From assembly GCA_965178125.1 (NCBI GenBank), contig OZ237738.1, positions 372,001 to 436,000 of the forward strand: DNA of 64,000 nt. Reading direction: 5' to 3'. Made by a program: the position numbers and the translations under genes. Source of the stretch: Bilabrum cf. latius (taxonomy: Eukaryota). Positions 1 through 15,000 of the stretch are shown piece by piece. Each line of letters starts with the position of its first letter. Positions within the stretch are counted from its first letter, which is position 1. The notes beneath the pieces were generated by a model. That model saw only the letters and a program-made list of their open reading frames with translations, did no database searches and was not told the origin of the DNA.

Positions 1-3000
1 GGAAGCCCCTGCCTTCGCCACCATGCTTGCGGAAGGTCACCATCGCATTGGACCAGGTGGGCGTGTCCACATTGGGAGGGAACACGGCAGCAGCAAACGA
101 AGGGCCAGACGTCGGCGGCTCCAACTCGACGGTACCCCTTGGCCCGAAGTTCATGCCCACGATGCGGACCATGCCAGGCCTCGTCGGCACAACGAGCTCC
201 ATGTCCGTGCCGCCGACCACGCGATCCACACGCTCGTAGTCGAGGTATGTGCCCGGGTTGCTGGCATCCTCTGGAGCGAACTGCACTTCCTGCACGATCG
301 GGGCCGCATACGTGAGGCACGGGGCGCCGCTGTCTGCGCACGAAATGGCAAGCCGACGGCCGCGATGGGCAGAGAGCTGCCTGCCGTAGGCAAGGGATGC
401 ACCCGTCTCTGCTGACAACCGCCTGGACGAGTTGCCCGCATCCGGGGTGATGATGCTCTCAGAGGTGAGGGCACCGACCTTGATCACCACCGGCACTTCG
501 GCACCGACACCAGGCGGCGTGGTACACGTGATGGCGTGGGTGGGCTCGGCGCACGCGGAGTTGTTGCTGTTGGTAGGAGTGAAAATGACCGAGACGCTGC
601 CGCAGGTAGCCTCCGTGTCACCCACAAGCACGGTGGTTTCTCCATCCCTCAAGTTACACGCCTCCACCGTGATCTCGTCGCCACCAGCCGGGCTGAACTC
701 CTGGCCCTCGAACGACTGCTGGCCGTTGCGGCCGAACACTGGCGCAATCTCGGTGAACGTGACCTTGCCCGAGGACTGCCCGCCAGCGACGATCATGATG
801 GCGCCCTGTGTGTGCGGCGTGCGGGCCACCACAGCGTCATGACCCCACACGATCGCAGTGACCTCGTGCTCGGGGCCAAAGTCAGACTCAGCGATGCCCA
901 CATTACTGGACACATACAGCCGACCGCACCCGGTCGGGTTGTCAACAGTCCGCTGCGCACCGCAGAAGTTGCTACCCACAATGTCGAGCCGTGTGAAGCC
1001 AGGAAGCTCCGAATCAGGCCGGGGATTGAGCGCTCGGATAGCGGGTGCCTCGAAGCTGGCAGGGGCCGACAGAGACTGCACCCCGAGAGCGGCAGCACCA
1101 CGACCAGATCCAGCGGTAGATGCCACCTGAGCCGACACCGGGACGTTGGCACCGGCACCTTCTGGTGAGATCGCAAACAGCACGTGCAGCGAGGTAGCCA
1201 CAGCCCCGATGGCACCCGCGTCGCAAGACAGGGTGGACCCAGCGCTGTTGAGCTGGGCCACCAGCGCCTGACGTGCCACATCTTCGTTGATCAGAGGATA
1301 TCGAAGACCAGCACCGGCAGCCACGGGCTCCCCATATCCAGGGTATCCCCAGTTAGCCAGCTGCTGCGAAGTGGGAGCACTCACAGTCGGGTAAGCAGCC
1401 AGAGCCGCAGGCGCAAGGGGCTGCACCTCCACAGCAGCCCCAGACGGAAGGGAGAATGCGAATGTCACGTCAGAGTCCGAGTCCATTAGCGCCAGATCGG
1501 TCGAGACGATCGTCACCACTTGCCCACCACGAGTGGGCAGCAGCCTGGGATGCACGCTGCGCACCGCAGGGGGTGCGTATGCGGCAGTGAGCAACGACGG
1601 CGATGAAATGCGTCCAGCGATGGACACCCGCCAGTTGGCACCGCCATCGGCTGACATGGGTGAGATGCCCGGCACCGTCTAGCACGTGATCTGGTTGTGG
1701 TCCACCAGGGTGCAATCAGCGGCAGCGTACTCAGACCCACTCGCCCCGTAGTACACGGCCTCGAGGAAAGGACCAGGGGTGGTGGCAGGACCGAAGTGCT
1801 GGCCATCGATCACCACGCTCTGGCCACCGTCCGAGCTCATCAGCTGGGCGCGAAGCACGGATGCAGGCTGGTTCGAGCCGCCTGCAACCACGCTGTCGTC
1901 AGAACCAGATACAGAGGATCCGTTGACCACGGGCCCAGTTGACGCCCCACACCCCTTGTACAGCAAGTCCAGCGCACGGACCTCTGCGGCATACGATTCG
2001 GCACGCAGCCAGCCCATACCGGCTTGCTGTTGGTCTCCGGCCGAGGACGTGGCTGCCCGCACTGTCGGGGGATGGTAGCTGGTCACAGGATCTTCGTTCT
2101 TCTGCTCACGCACGATCACGGTCCACTCGAGGGTACGACCGACACCGGGGGCGGTCACACACCTGAGCTCCTCGTGGGCCTTTGTCATCTGGCACCCGAC
2201 CGCCTCGAACTCCACCACGGCCAGTCTCTCAGCGGGAGTGAGGTCTTCGATGGGAGTTTCGTCGCCCTCATCACCATCAGTATCGTTGCCCTGGGGCACA
2301 TCGGGGCCGACAGTGCTCACGGCCTTGTAGAATACGCGGTCGATGTCAGCAGTGGTGGGACCCAGGTTGGCGCCCATCACCATGACGACCTGTCCACCGC
2401 GCGTGGAAGCATCGCGGGCACCATCGCCCTCAAACCCGATGATGCTCGGCGCGGCATACGAAGACGCTGCATCGAATACGGGGCTCCACTGGTTGCCAAC
2501 TCGCACCTGCCACCAGTGGCCGCGGCCTGCACCAGGTGCAGTCAGGCATCGGATCTGCTGCTGGTCCGTGCCCACCTCACAATCCACGGCGATGAATTCA
2601 AGGCTGAGACCTTCCGTGCGACTCATGGCGGGCGAGTTCGACGGGTCGTAGGGACCGTAACGGACCCTGGTCACGGGCTGCAGGTCGCGCGACCCTAACT
2701 GTGCGCCTGAGATCAGCACAAGCTGCGACCCGCGAGTCGAAGCGTTGAATGCCCCGTCACCAGTGACGCCAGACACGCTCGGGGTGATGTAGCTGGTGAA
2801 CGGCGACTCCTCCTGCACCAATGAAATCAAGCCTCCTACACGCACGACAAACACTACGCCCGCACCGTAGCCGGGCACAGTCTCGCACTGCAGCATGGTG
2901 TGGGCAACAAGGACAAGGCAGGTGGGCCTAAATCGAGAGAGCGGGGCACTGAGGCTGGGGGGCAAGATATCGGTCATCTTTGCTGCAGTGGCAGAGTCCA

Positions 3001-6000
3001 CGCTAGACCGTCGGCCGGTGTTGTACTGCGAGATCATGGACTCAGCCTCGGCGAGGGTGGTCCCGTTCGGCAAATACCCATAGGTCACCGAGATGATGCC
3101 AGGGTGCATCGGCTAGCCCACCGCACCATCGGAGCTGCTCCCCGGCGGGGTTGCGGCTGACACCCGCGGCACCATGGAGTCAGACTCGGTCGGATACATG
3201 CCCGCAGTGGAGCCAAGCGCGCTGGCCACACCCTGCGAGTACACATGAGAGCATGCAGACCACCCGCGAGGACAGTCGCCAGACCCAGCTGCAGGGAAGA
3301 GACCAGGCTGCTGGGACTGGGCCGTCTCATCTCCGAATGCCTTGAAGCTGCCGAGGTTTCTGCCCTGGATCGAGATGAGCTGGCGGCCTGCCGTGCTCAG
3401 CTGGCCCCCGGTCTGGGACGGGGTCTGCAGATCGGTCACCACAGGGGCAGCAAACCTGATGGCGTCATCCAGTGTCGTTGATCGGAGCGTCTGCGAATCG
3501 GTGCTTCGGCGGCTCTCCTCCACACTTGCATCCGCCACTTGAAGGATCACCCAGTTTGAGGCGCCGAAGCCCTCGCCCGTGGTGCACTCTGCTTCAGTGT
3601 GGGCCACAGTCACCGCGCAGCCGCGTCCAGTGTACGTGTACCCACTCGTGTCCCAGCTAGGGGCATACACCACCTGCAAGGCAGAGCGTGCGTTGTTGGG
3701 ACCGACAGCACCCAACGGCCCGAAGCCAGTACCGCGGATGGTGAAGGTACCTCCCCCACTGCCTGGCAGGTCCGCGGTCATCACGGTTGAGTTCAGGACG
3801 GGGGGCGCGAAGCTCACCGTGATATCTGCCTCTGAGATTCTTACGTGCTCGCCCACTTGGACCCGCACTCGCAAATTGGCCCCGAAACCCTCATCCGTGG
3901 AGGCGCAGCGGATCCTGGTGTTGATCGTGGCAACGACGCAGTCACGCGCCTGGAAGCGCTCGATGTCACCGAGCGGGCCGAATGATACCTTGATGTCGGG
4001 GTTCTTGGATGTGTTGAAGTATCCCAGGTTGGTGCCGACCACCTCGATCGCAGAGGATCCGTCCGTGCTCAGCGGCAACTCGCCCTGTACGTCATCGATG
4101 GTGATATCATTCACGTTCGTCACACCCATGCTCACAGTGGTTTGCCCAACCAGACCGCCTGAGTCAGTGGCAGTCACAGACAGGCTGTAGAACTGCTCAC
4201 GCTCGTAGTCCAGCTCACCCTCCAGCACAATCTCCTGCGTCTCTGAGTTGAATGAGAACAGCTGATCGTAGTTTGCAACAGTAGCCTAGACCTCGTGGCT
4301 GTCCCCAACATCGGGATCCACCACAACAACGGTGCCGACCACGGTGCCAACAGGGGCATCCTCGGCCACGATGTTCAAGCTAGCGGTCACAGTGGGCTCC
4401 TCGTTGGCATCTCTCAGAGGCAGGTCCACCACGAAAGTGCCAGACCCCGAGGCGTCCTCCACATTCAAGGTGATCTAGTGTGCTCTCGACACAGGCTCAG
4501 TGGGCCAGCGCGGGTCCGCAGTTGACAGTGTCGTGTCATAGTCAGGCAGGCTCTCGAAGTCCAGCCCGCTTGGGTCTCGCACCCGAAGCACCTGCCTTAC
4601 CTCAGCACCACTGGTGAACAGCGTGTGCGACGAGTTGCCATACGGCATCAGGCTGAACATCGAGTCGCTGCTGCCAGTTGCAGCCAGTGAGATGGTCACA
4701 TCGTCGCCGTCCTCATCCGTGCATCGGAGCACACCCGCTGTCTGGTTCTCAGGTGCGAGCTCTGACAGTGGCACAGGGTCGATCAAGGTAAGTACGTCGC
4801 TCTGGTTGTAGACAGGCAGGCTGTTGAGGTCCACCACCACGCCCTTGGCCTGCTCTTCCTAGATCCACTCCTGCTGCAGGCGAGCAGCCACGTCCTGCGT
4901 GCTGTGGAACACGCACCTCGGGCGTTCGTTGATGTTGTCTACAGTCACGGTCACGGTGGCCTCATCGAAGAGCTTGGCCGCGGGATCATTATCGGTGGCA
5001 CGGACGGTCAGTTGGTAAGTTATCGGGCCTGTTTCGAAGTTCAGCAACAGTGGGTTGGCGTCTGCACGAATCTGCAGTACACCAGTGTCCGGATTGATCG
5101 TGAACAGACCCGTACCAGGGTCGGACGGACTCACGGCGGTGACGCTGAATCGCAGTCGCTGTTCTGTGTCTGGGTCGCTAGCCACGATGGCAGTTCCAAA
5201 CTCCTCACCTGCATCAGTATGTTCAGCCACAGAGAACGACTGTCCCGTAGATACTGTCGGCGCATTATTCTGCTCCACAACGATGATACGAACAGATTGC
5301 GATTCTCGAACATTGCTGGCGTCAGATGCCCGGATGCTGACGGCAATCGAGGTGCCGACAGACGCAACCACGAGGTTGTTGGTGCGGATCTGTCCAGTGC
5401 TACTGTCGATCATAAAGTTGTTGCCGGTGTCACCTCCATCCTTGGTGAAAGTCACGGTCTGCCCCTCCGGGTCCACGGCCACGATGGGGTCTCCGATATC
5501 CTGACCGGCGGGCGTATTGAAGCCGACATAGCGGACAATGTGGCCATCGTTGGTACCAGAAGTCTCTACTCCGCTGAACTCGGGGCCTTCGTTGATATTG
5601 ACCACCCGAATGGCAATAGCAGTGGGCATGCCCCACAGCTGACCGCTAGATTGGTCACGAGCAGCAACCACGAACACAAGCAGTTCACTCGTCTCGAAAT
5701 CCAGCGGGCGTGCCTGGGACAGTGACAGCTGGCCCGTACCACCATCCACTTGCATGAAGTCCGAAGCAGACCCGAAGGACGTCGATGGACCGCTGATGAT
5801 GTCGATCGCTGAATAGCTCACCCCATCGCCGTCCTAGTCATTAAACGAAAGTGCCGCCCCGACGGTCTAGCCGATATCTGCGTTCTCCTGCACATCTCTG
5901 TAACCGCATACGGGCATGGTCAGGCTAGACGAGTTCATCATGTGGTCCATCACCGCCTGTTCCGAGGTGTCCAGCTGCAACCCAGTGACTTCCTCGGGGA

Positions 6001-9000
6001 TACCACTGTGGATCTCGGGTTCAAAGTTGCAGTCGATCGTGGGTGGGTCGCCCATGTCGGTCAGCAGCACGTCAAAAGCCTGGATCGTAGACGACAAGCG
6101 GTCACGCACACGCACGTACACAGTTACGGTCTCTTCGGTCTCGTAGTCGAGAGGAGACGAGTCCCGCACGGTGAGGTTGCCCTGGAGAGGGTCGATGGCG
6201 AAGGCTGTCTTGGGTCTGTCGTCCCGGCACAGCGTCACGATCTCAGAGGTAGCATTTCCTACAGGTCCAGAGTCTGTGCTCAGGGCAGCGTCCACCTCCG
6301 CATCGAGGCAAGTTTGCCTCACCTCATCCTCCACGAAGTATTGCTAGGTGGCATCGTCGAACTACACCACTTGGAACTCGAATTCGTTGCCTTCAGGGTC
6401 GGCAGCCCGAATGTACGGCCCCTGCAGAAGAGTGCCAGGGACTGCATTCTCGCCAACAATAAACCGGGTGGTGTTGGGGGTAAGGAACACAGGAGGGTCA
6501 TTGCCGTCGATCAGAAGGATACGAAGAGTACCAGTGACCACTTGGGGGGTGGTCTGGGCGCCAGTTGGCCCGCCTGCATCCGTGGCACGGAACTGCACGT
6601 TCAAAATAGGCTTCCTTTCGTAGTCGAGATTGGCCACACCGCGGGCCCTCACAACAGCCTACTATGACTGAGGGTCATGGAGGATCGAGACCTCGTCGTA
6701 TCCTTCAGTGCCTGGCGTGATCGTGATGGTCACCACGTCACCAGCGGACACGTCCTGGTCAACAAGCGAGAAACGGCCAATCTCCCGACCGGATTCTTGG
6801 TTCTCCAGCACGTTCAGAGTCGGGTTGATGGCCACAACAGGCGCGTCGTTTGCATTTAAGACATCAATCCTGAGCTGACCCTGGCAGGACAGAGGCGGCG
6901 CACCTACGTCAGTGGCGACGTATCCGACGACTCGCTCGCGAGCAGTCTCAAAGTCGAGCACACCAGCACGCTTGATGGAAACCTGTCCGGTGAATCGGTC
7001 AATCTCAAGAGTACCGTCATCGTTGCCGTACGACAGCTCCCAAAGCAGGTCTTGGCCCTCGGGCTCGTATGCATCGAGCGGCATGCCGACTGCAGAGCCG
7101 ACCACTGCCGTCTCGCTCACATTACGGGTGAGCTATGTGCAGATCGGGGGCTCGTTCACGTCCAATACCCGGATACGAGCGAATGCTGTGGAGTTCAGAG
7201 CCGGCACACCATCGTCTTGCACCAAGATCTCCAGCAGGAACTCCTCGTACAGGTCCACGTCCAGGAGAGATGAATCTCCGACGCGAAGCTCGCCACCACA
7301 ACCGGCGATGCGGAACGTGTTGCCAATGTTGCCGCCGACAATCGAGTACAGAATCGAGTCGCCACGGTCTGGATCCACGGCTCGCAGAATGCCAGACACT
7401 AGGGTTCCAGAGGGGCTCTTCTCAGGCACCTCCATCTCGGCACTGAACACCACGGGCGGGCGGTTGGCGTCCTCCAGGCGCACCGTCACCGTGGCCGAAT
7501 CAGACTGCGCACCATCTGACACTGTCGTGACAAATCGCCGGATCTGTCCGTCGTTCGTGGACAGCGACTGGGATTCCTTGACCTGAAGCACGCCGGAAGT
7601 CTGACCGATGTTCCACAGGCCCAGCGAGTCTCCAGTGCCAATCGCATACGTAAACTGAGACGTGCCATCGGGATCCGTGGCAGCCAGGGCGCCCAGATCC
7701 TATCCACTTTCTGCCGTCTCGGGTACATCCACGACCAGGTCAGGCAGCACAGGTGGCCTGTTCGCATCATTGATGTTTACAGTCACCCCACTGACACCGG
7801 CTCCAGTGCCGCCTGGGTAGTCTACCCAGGCTCGGACCTTGATGTCAACCTTAGTGATGGAGTCCTGCAGTTGGAGACGTTCGCCGCCGAACCCGGTGAG
7901 GTAGATGCCGCGCCTGTACTGGCAAGACATCCAGATGCGCACGACGGTGCTGGACCACGCGGTGAGCGTTCCGGAGCTTTGATGGCTGTATCCACTGGCA
8001 GCACCGGTTGCTTTGAACATTAGACCACCATAGGTAGGCGTGCTCAGAGGCACTCTCACCCAAACCTCCACGTAGTCGGGGCGTTGCCCCAGACCATGCG
8101 CCACCTCCTGCACGTTGCGGTTCCGCAGCGACGAGGAGCACCCTGTGCCGGACTGCATCTCGAACCAGTCAGTCTCAAAATCAGGAGCTACGGCATCGTC
8201 GGCCCAAGCTTGCACCCGGGCCTGTGCGAACTGGTTGACACAGTAGCTGCCAGTACCCCAGCCGGCTCCCTTGCCAGCGACACGGCCAGACGAGTAGTAC
8301 CTCTGGATATCTGGCGCAAGAACGTGCACGTGTGAGTCGTCGTAAGTGTACATGGTCGACGAGTGCTCGTAGTAGACGAGGTCACTGACAAGTCCACTAG
8401 GCAGTGCATACTGATGCCATCCGAGGTAACAGTTGTTCGACTCCCCCATCTGGGTCATAACGCGAACCTTGGCCGGTGTTTTGCTAAGGTCATGCGACAT
8501 TTCATAGTAAGAATCCGTGCCACGCTGAGACTGAATCTGAAACCACCCACTGTCGTAGTCAGGAGAAGCAAGGTCATCGAAGATGCGCACACGGCCGTCC
8601 ACTCGCCTGTCGGCTTGGTACGTAGTGCCGCTCTGGTCAAAGGGATTGAAGAAACCGTAGCGCCGATTGTTGTAGCCATACCTGTAACTACGGAAGGCAA
8701 ACAACTGAACATCGGTTGAGTTGAACATAGCTGCAACGCCGCCAAAGTTCTCGTTCCACAGGTCATTGAACGGCATCATGTAGATCATGGGAGCCACGAA
8801 GTCTGCATTGTTACCGCTCAAGATCTTCACCTCGCCATAGAGCTCGTGGTTGGCAAACGATTGCACGCCAGTCTCGTGACTCAATTCCACCTGAGTTAGA
8901 GTGTTGTGCTCCGATTGGACAGCAACCCAACCTGAATCGTACCTTGCTCTGCTTGAGGGAGTGCGCAGCCACAGCTTGTGCACCTTGCACCCGCTGACCC

Positions 9001-12000
9001 CAATAGCACCGGGCTCGGCAATTACTGGCACGCCATTGTGTTGAGTGACGTTGAAAGCACCGCCATCACTGGCGCTGGATCCGTCATGAACCACACCGCA
9101 AGCAGACTCGCTCACGCGCACGGCCCGAGTGTCAGCTCTGCCGGACGATGTGCCGAATGACACCGGGAAGCCGATTGGCGCCCCTTGCACGCGCATGTTG
9201 GCAGGCAGCTCATAGGTCTACTTGGAGCACAGACCGTCTCGGCGCACGGTGGACGGGCCATACTCAGTCTCTGATGCAGACACAGTGAAATTGGAAGAAT
9301 CAGGACCAGGCGTTGCGACGAAACTGATCGCCTTGATGGGCCCAGAGGGCAGCGAATGCCCGAGCACCCGCTTGAACCACATGGCTGCTGTACTGTTGTA
9401 TCCACGCACTGGAGGCATGGCCGACACGTAAACCAATAAGTCATCTGGTGACTCGGAGCGGGTTTCAGGCCGGGTCACATTCATCTCGATCTCTCGCAGC
9501 AGGCTGATCAGACCGTCCGGCCCATTGGCTCCGTGAGATGACATGTCAAACACGGCCATGCGACGAACCCTGCCGTTAATTTCATCAAAAACGACCATGT
9601 TGATGCCAGGCTGACCTGGTGAGGCCTCGGTAAAGTTGTAGTTCCTCGCCGACCCCTGAACTACGCCATTGGACTCTCCAACGATGATGGATGAGCGGAT
9701 GGGCGTGAATGTACCAGCACTGTACGTGCTATCATAGAAGTGCTACATGGCGGCATTTATGATCATCTGGCCAGGGTTTGTCCCCGTACCCCGAATACCC
9801 AAACACATGTATCCCCAGGCCTGTGTTGTTGTACCAGATGCTTGTGGATAGGAGTTGTTACATCCAAGCATATCAGCCGCTTCGTAAACATGGGCATAGC
9901 TACCGGTGCGAGGCTGCCAATACGGACCTGCGAGCGAAACTTGCAAACGTGTAGGCGTGGGGCAAAATATGGAGGGCAAAACTCGTGATCAAAGTACTAT
10001 TTGCAGTCAAGGCTGTCTTACCCCACTATGCAGAGTGTATCGACGTGAGCGTGCCGCTACCTAGCCCGCTAATGACTGTACGGACGGGTGTATAAAACGA
10101 CGAGCCAGCCCCACTCGTGGATGAAGTCGAATAGCTCCAGTAGCTGTTCCTATTGTGAAGACGGACGCTCTTCTTAGCGTTGTTATAGGTTCGTATAGCC
10201 GTCCGAGACGAGCTGTAAGAAGTGCTGTAGAATTCTGCATGGCCATCCAACCAGTACTTCGTCCACCAACGCCTGCGATACTCGATACAAATAGGAACAA
10301 CGTACACGAATAGATTACAAAGCATTCAGCGAACTCAATTAATTTATGGACTTGATCTTACGAGAAATATGCGGAACCATGGGCATAGTACGCGTAGTAG
10401 CCTTCGAAAGAACCAGCCATGATGTTGGACGGATGCACCCAGTGCGGCATGAGGCTCTGGCTCGTGGTACCAACGAACTCGCCGTGATTCCTTCGCAAGA
10501 GGTCTCTCCAGTGCGAGTGCACGGACTCTCGGCCCCTACCGAGCTTCCACTCGTCCCGGTCCATGAGGTCGTCTGCATTGGTGGCCGGGTCAGGTCCGGG
10601 CACCGCGTTCAGCCATGCCAGTACGAGGCCGTCCTCCAGACCAGAGGGGGCTGCCAGGTACAGCGCGTCAACCTCAGTGGCTGACAGGCCATGGTCAAAG
10701 AGAGAGAATTGGGCCGCATGGCCCTCGAACGAGTCGTCATCTGAGGAGGACACACCGCACGCAGCCGTGGTGGCCTTTCGACCCAGCATCAAACACCCGC
10801 CCGAGTCCATATCGGAGCCCCTGAGGATGGGAGTGCTGTGCGTCTGCTGCTCGCCGTTGATCCAGAGCCTGGGGATACCATCGCTGGAGGCCCATGACAT
10901 CACCACGTGGACCCACTCACCGGTGGCCACGTGACCTGCTGGCGAGTCGGGGAAGTCGAAGCTGGTGGAGCCGATCTATCCCTTCATGTTCTGCGAGAGG
11001 CGCACCGGGTTAGTCGACGAGGTATCAGCCGGGAAGCACAGGGAGAACTGCCGGGACGAGGACGAAAAATACGAGAAGATGCAGTCCTCCTCCATGTGCG
11101 TGGGGTCCACCCGCACCAGCACGCTGACGCTGAAGGCCTCCTCTGGCATGTCGTCGAACTCGACAATCCGGGCATGGGCTCCTCTGAAGCGAGTGGCTTT
11201 ATTCATCTCATACCCGGTGAAATCAACGAATGGGATATAAGACGAGTTCAGCAGCGACGGGCGTTCGAGACCGTTCGGCTGGACCATGTAGGGCTGCGTG
11301 TTGTGTCCGCAACTCAGGTCAATCCCACCGAAATCAGCGTATTGCCGATCTGCCCGGCGAGCCCTCCAGTCGCTGTTGGTGATCCGGAAGCTGGACGACC
11401 ACTGGGCCACAAGGTCACCGTCAAGCAGATTGGTCGGGTTACGGTAGATCATCTCGGCCTCGTACGTGGTCAGGATGGCCTTCTCGTACACAGTCACTGG
11501 GCCAACCTGGCCATAGAAAGCACTGCTGGTGCTCTGAGAAGTAGAGCCACGACTGTTGATGTACCCACCGATGGCCCAGTGGGCAGCACCCGACGCAGTG
11601 GCATGGCCCAGGTTGCCGCGGTTTGTGCACTGCCTACTGGTGGTGTCAGTGCTGTACGCATAGCTGGTCCCTTGGTACTCCCCTCCAGCGCCATTTTGCC
11701 AGGTCCGCATGTTGCCGCAGCTGCGCGGAGATGCAAAAGGACAAGGAAAGAAAATTCCTTTGTAATGCAGGTTCAGCGCAGCAAGAAATCTGTATTTACG
11801 GGACTGCTGAACTCTACTCACTTTGATCCCTCGTAGGAAAAGATGAACTGTGTCCACTTGGTTCCAGTTCGTTGGTATGAACCCCATCTGTTGTTGGGTC
11901 CCGAGTAATGCGCACCTCGAATTACGTGGCGGACTGCAGTGTTGAGAGAAAAAGTTAAGATTGGTCAGCGTATAACGTGTCGCGATGCTCGGTCACGCTC

Positions 12001-15000
12001 TATCAGATTCGTGACAAGAGCAAACTAAATAGGCTATGACTCACTTCCATTAGTTCCAGACGTGTACGCCCCAAACTCCTGCGAACTAGAGCCACTTGTC
12101 AAATGGACAGGCCACCCGGTCGTTCTGGTCCACATTTGGACCCGAATCCAGACGACAACTGTGTAGGTCTGCGTGGGAAACCAGGACTTCGGGCTGCTCG
12201 AGTCCGTTGTTGAAGACGAGTATATCTGGCATCGGCCACCCCAGTGCCGTGCATTACGCAGGCGAGACACGCGGGAGGTGGGCCTCGGGTTCTTAAGCGT
12301 GGTCAAAGACCCGCCCCAGAAATCGTTGGATGGTGCATGCCTGAGGGCGGCCCCCTTGTGGTCGCGCTCGTTCACGAAGACAGGCACCTCAATTCCACGC
12401 TGGTGCGTGCCCATCATGTCAATATCGTGGTTTCCGGTCTGATCAAACCAAGTCACGTCGCCCTGACCAGCCTGGTTGCCGGTGATGTCGTGCTCAGTCA
12501 TGCCAGACCAGAATGCGTATACGTGCCCCTTGAGCGACTCGTGCATGTCCACGTACATCTGGGCGTGCATGAGCTCGCGGGCGTCGTCGGCGTTGCGAAT
12601 AGCAACATTCAGCATGCTGAAGTGCGAGATATCGCCATCCCAATCGCTTTGAGTTGTAGAGCGCGGCCAGTTGTTGGATATGCTGCTCACTGCGCCGCCG
12701 ATGCCAAGCCAACCATCCGTCCGAAGATTGCCGTAGTTGTTACACCACGAGCCCTGCATCTCGCCTTGTACGAACATGTAAGCAGAGCCACTCGTACATG
12801 ACGACGCCTACTCGTCCCGGTTTGTAGTATATGACATGACGACATGCTCCCACCGCTGCCCTTTGTTCATGTGGTTGAATGACCTGGGCCCCCAGTTCCT
12901 GCTTTTAACGTAGAAGTTGTAGTTCCAAACACTCTGCGAGCGAAAACATGGTCAAAAGGCAGAGTGCGTGGCTGATTCTGCAGGTGATGTAAACAAACGA
13001 GAGCGAAACACAAGGAAGTTCTTACCGCGTAAGTTTGCAGCTCGTAGTAGTTGCTATCAGTTCGGTAGTGAGTCATGATTCTCCAGCTATGGTCCGTCAT
13101 TTCACCGTATCGAAGGCTACGAACCCACATGCTGTACGTGACTGCAGTGGTGGGATGGTCTGTCAGCCGAACGGCTCCCAGCTGCAGATTATAGGACCTT
13201 TCGAATGTCCAGTAGCCGTCCTCCATCTCTGCGCTCCACTTGGGCATGGTCACGATCTTGGCGGGGGGACACACCCTGGCCACAGCCTCGGCGCCTCGCA
13301 GCTCCTGCAGGCGGATCTCATCCACGTAGGACTCGACGTTGCCGTTGTCAGCCAGTGCCATCATTCGGATCTCCACCTGAGTGGGCAGCGAGAAGCCTGC
13401 ATTGCTCTGGTATTTGGCTCGGAAGGCATGCGTGATGTCGATGTTGGCGTAGAAGAAGCTGGCTGCACCGCTGGCGCCATGCCCGGGTGGGTATGCACCG
13501 TCAGCATTAGAGCGGATCACGATGTCGCAATGCTGCGCGCCAAAGCCTGTGGAGCCCTGGGGGTCAATACACACCATCACATACTTGGCTGAAGAGCAGC
13601 CAGAGTTGACACAGGAAGTGGGAGTGGGCAGTGACTGCGAGCTGGACAGCCCCGTGGCATCGAACACCTGCACCATGACAGGCACGCTCGAGATGATGTT
13701 GTTCGACCCTGAGTTGCGGATGTAGTACCGGAACGACAAGAAGTCCGGGTAGGCCGCCATGCCAGAGAGACCTGACACGCGCCTTGCAGCAGAGGTCACC
13801 ACCGAGGAAGTACCCGAAGCGGACTCGGCAGCACGCAGCTGCAACGAGCTGGCGCCCATTGAGGCGTAGTCAGTGCTGATAGCTGCGCCCTGCAGCTGGC
13901 TGGATACCCTGCTCCAAGCGTTGATAGCATTCGTGCCCTCGAAGCTCTCCTCGAACAGTACCTTGCCCTCAAAGCACTGATCAGCGCCGGTCTGAGCCAC
14001 GCGCCGACAGACGAAGCCAGTCTCGATCGAGCACCCCGCCGAGCACCCGTCACCCGCGATCTGATTGCCATCGTCACACTGCTCCTCGGGATCCCTGAAT
14101 CCATTGCCGCACGTGGTCTTGATCAGCTACCTGGGGTTGAGTACCACGCAACCGTCGATCTCGCAATCGCGAGACAGAAGGAAGGTGCGCCCGCGCACAG
14201 ATGCGTCCTCAAGCACTGTCAGGTCGGCAAGCACGTCGTCGTGGTGAGGACTAGAAGACGAAATGTCGATAGGCAAGAAGGCCTGCAGCCCCATGTTTTC
14301 TGAAGCCGAAGCTGATGCGGGCTGCAGCTCCCTGCCATTCATGGAGGAATCGATCTGCTCCGGAGTCCGCCTCACGCTCCACAGCTTGAGCTCATCGATG
14401 AACCCATACCACGTCTCGTCGTCGGGCTCGCTCATACCACGACCGACGAACATGTTAGCCCGCTACCTGGTGGTGGGGGCCTCACCTGTCAGCACCCGCG
14501 AGCCGGACAAAGTGCCGTCGAGGAACAGCTGCATCGTGGTGGTGGCTGTCGATCCAGATCCAGAGGTGGCCAGCGTCACCGCGACGTGGGTCCACCTCAT
14601 GGCAGCCGCAGAGGTCGAGGAGCGCACCACTTCCCTTGTTGCGGATGAGCTGCTCTGCACATGGAACTCGAAGTTGTACGGAGCTGATGCACCGATCCTC
14701 AGCTGCATGTCGTTGGACCCGGGACCATCGTTAGTCTCGAAGATCACCTGGCCCTCCCTGGCACTGTTGTACGGGAACACCCACGCCTCGATCGTCATGC
14801 CAGCGTTGGAGCTGGTGCCAGTGCTGGGTCCAAACGAGAAGGCAGATTGCCATCGCGCATGCTCACCGCGCCCGTCGAACTTCAGCGAGTAGTCTAGAAC
14901 GTGTGACCTGCGCGAATCATCGTAGACCCTCGTGATGTCGCTGTTGCTGATTGCACGGAGGTACATGCGGGCATCGTCAACGTATCCTACCAGCTGGGCG

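Noticed and set aside
10358-10360. Apparent in-frame TAA in the giant gene
   Set aside because: It is part of the GTAAG donor of intron 10273-10361, and splicing restores the frame.
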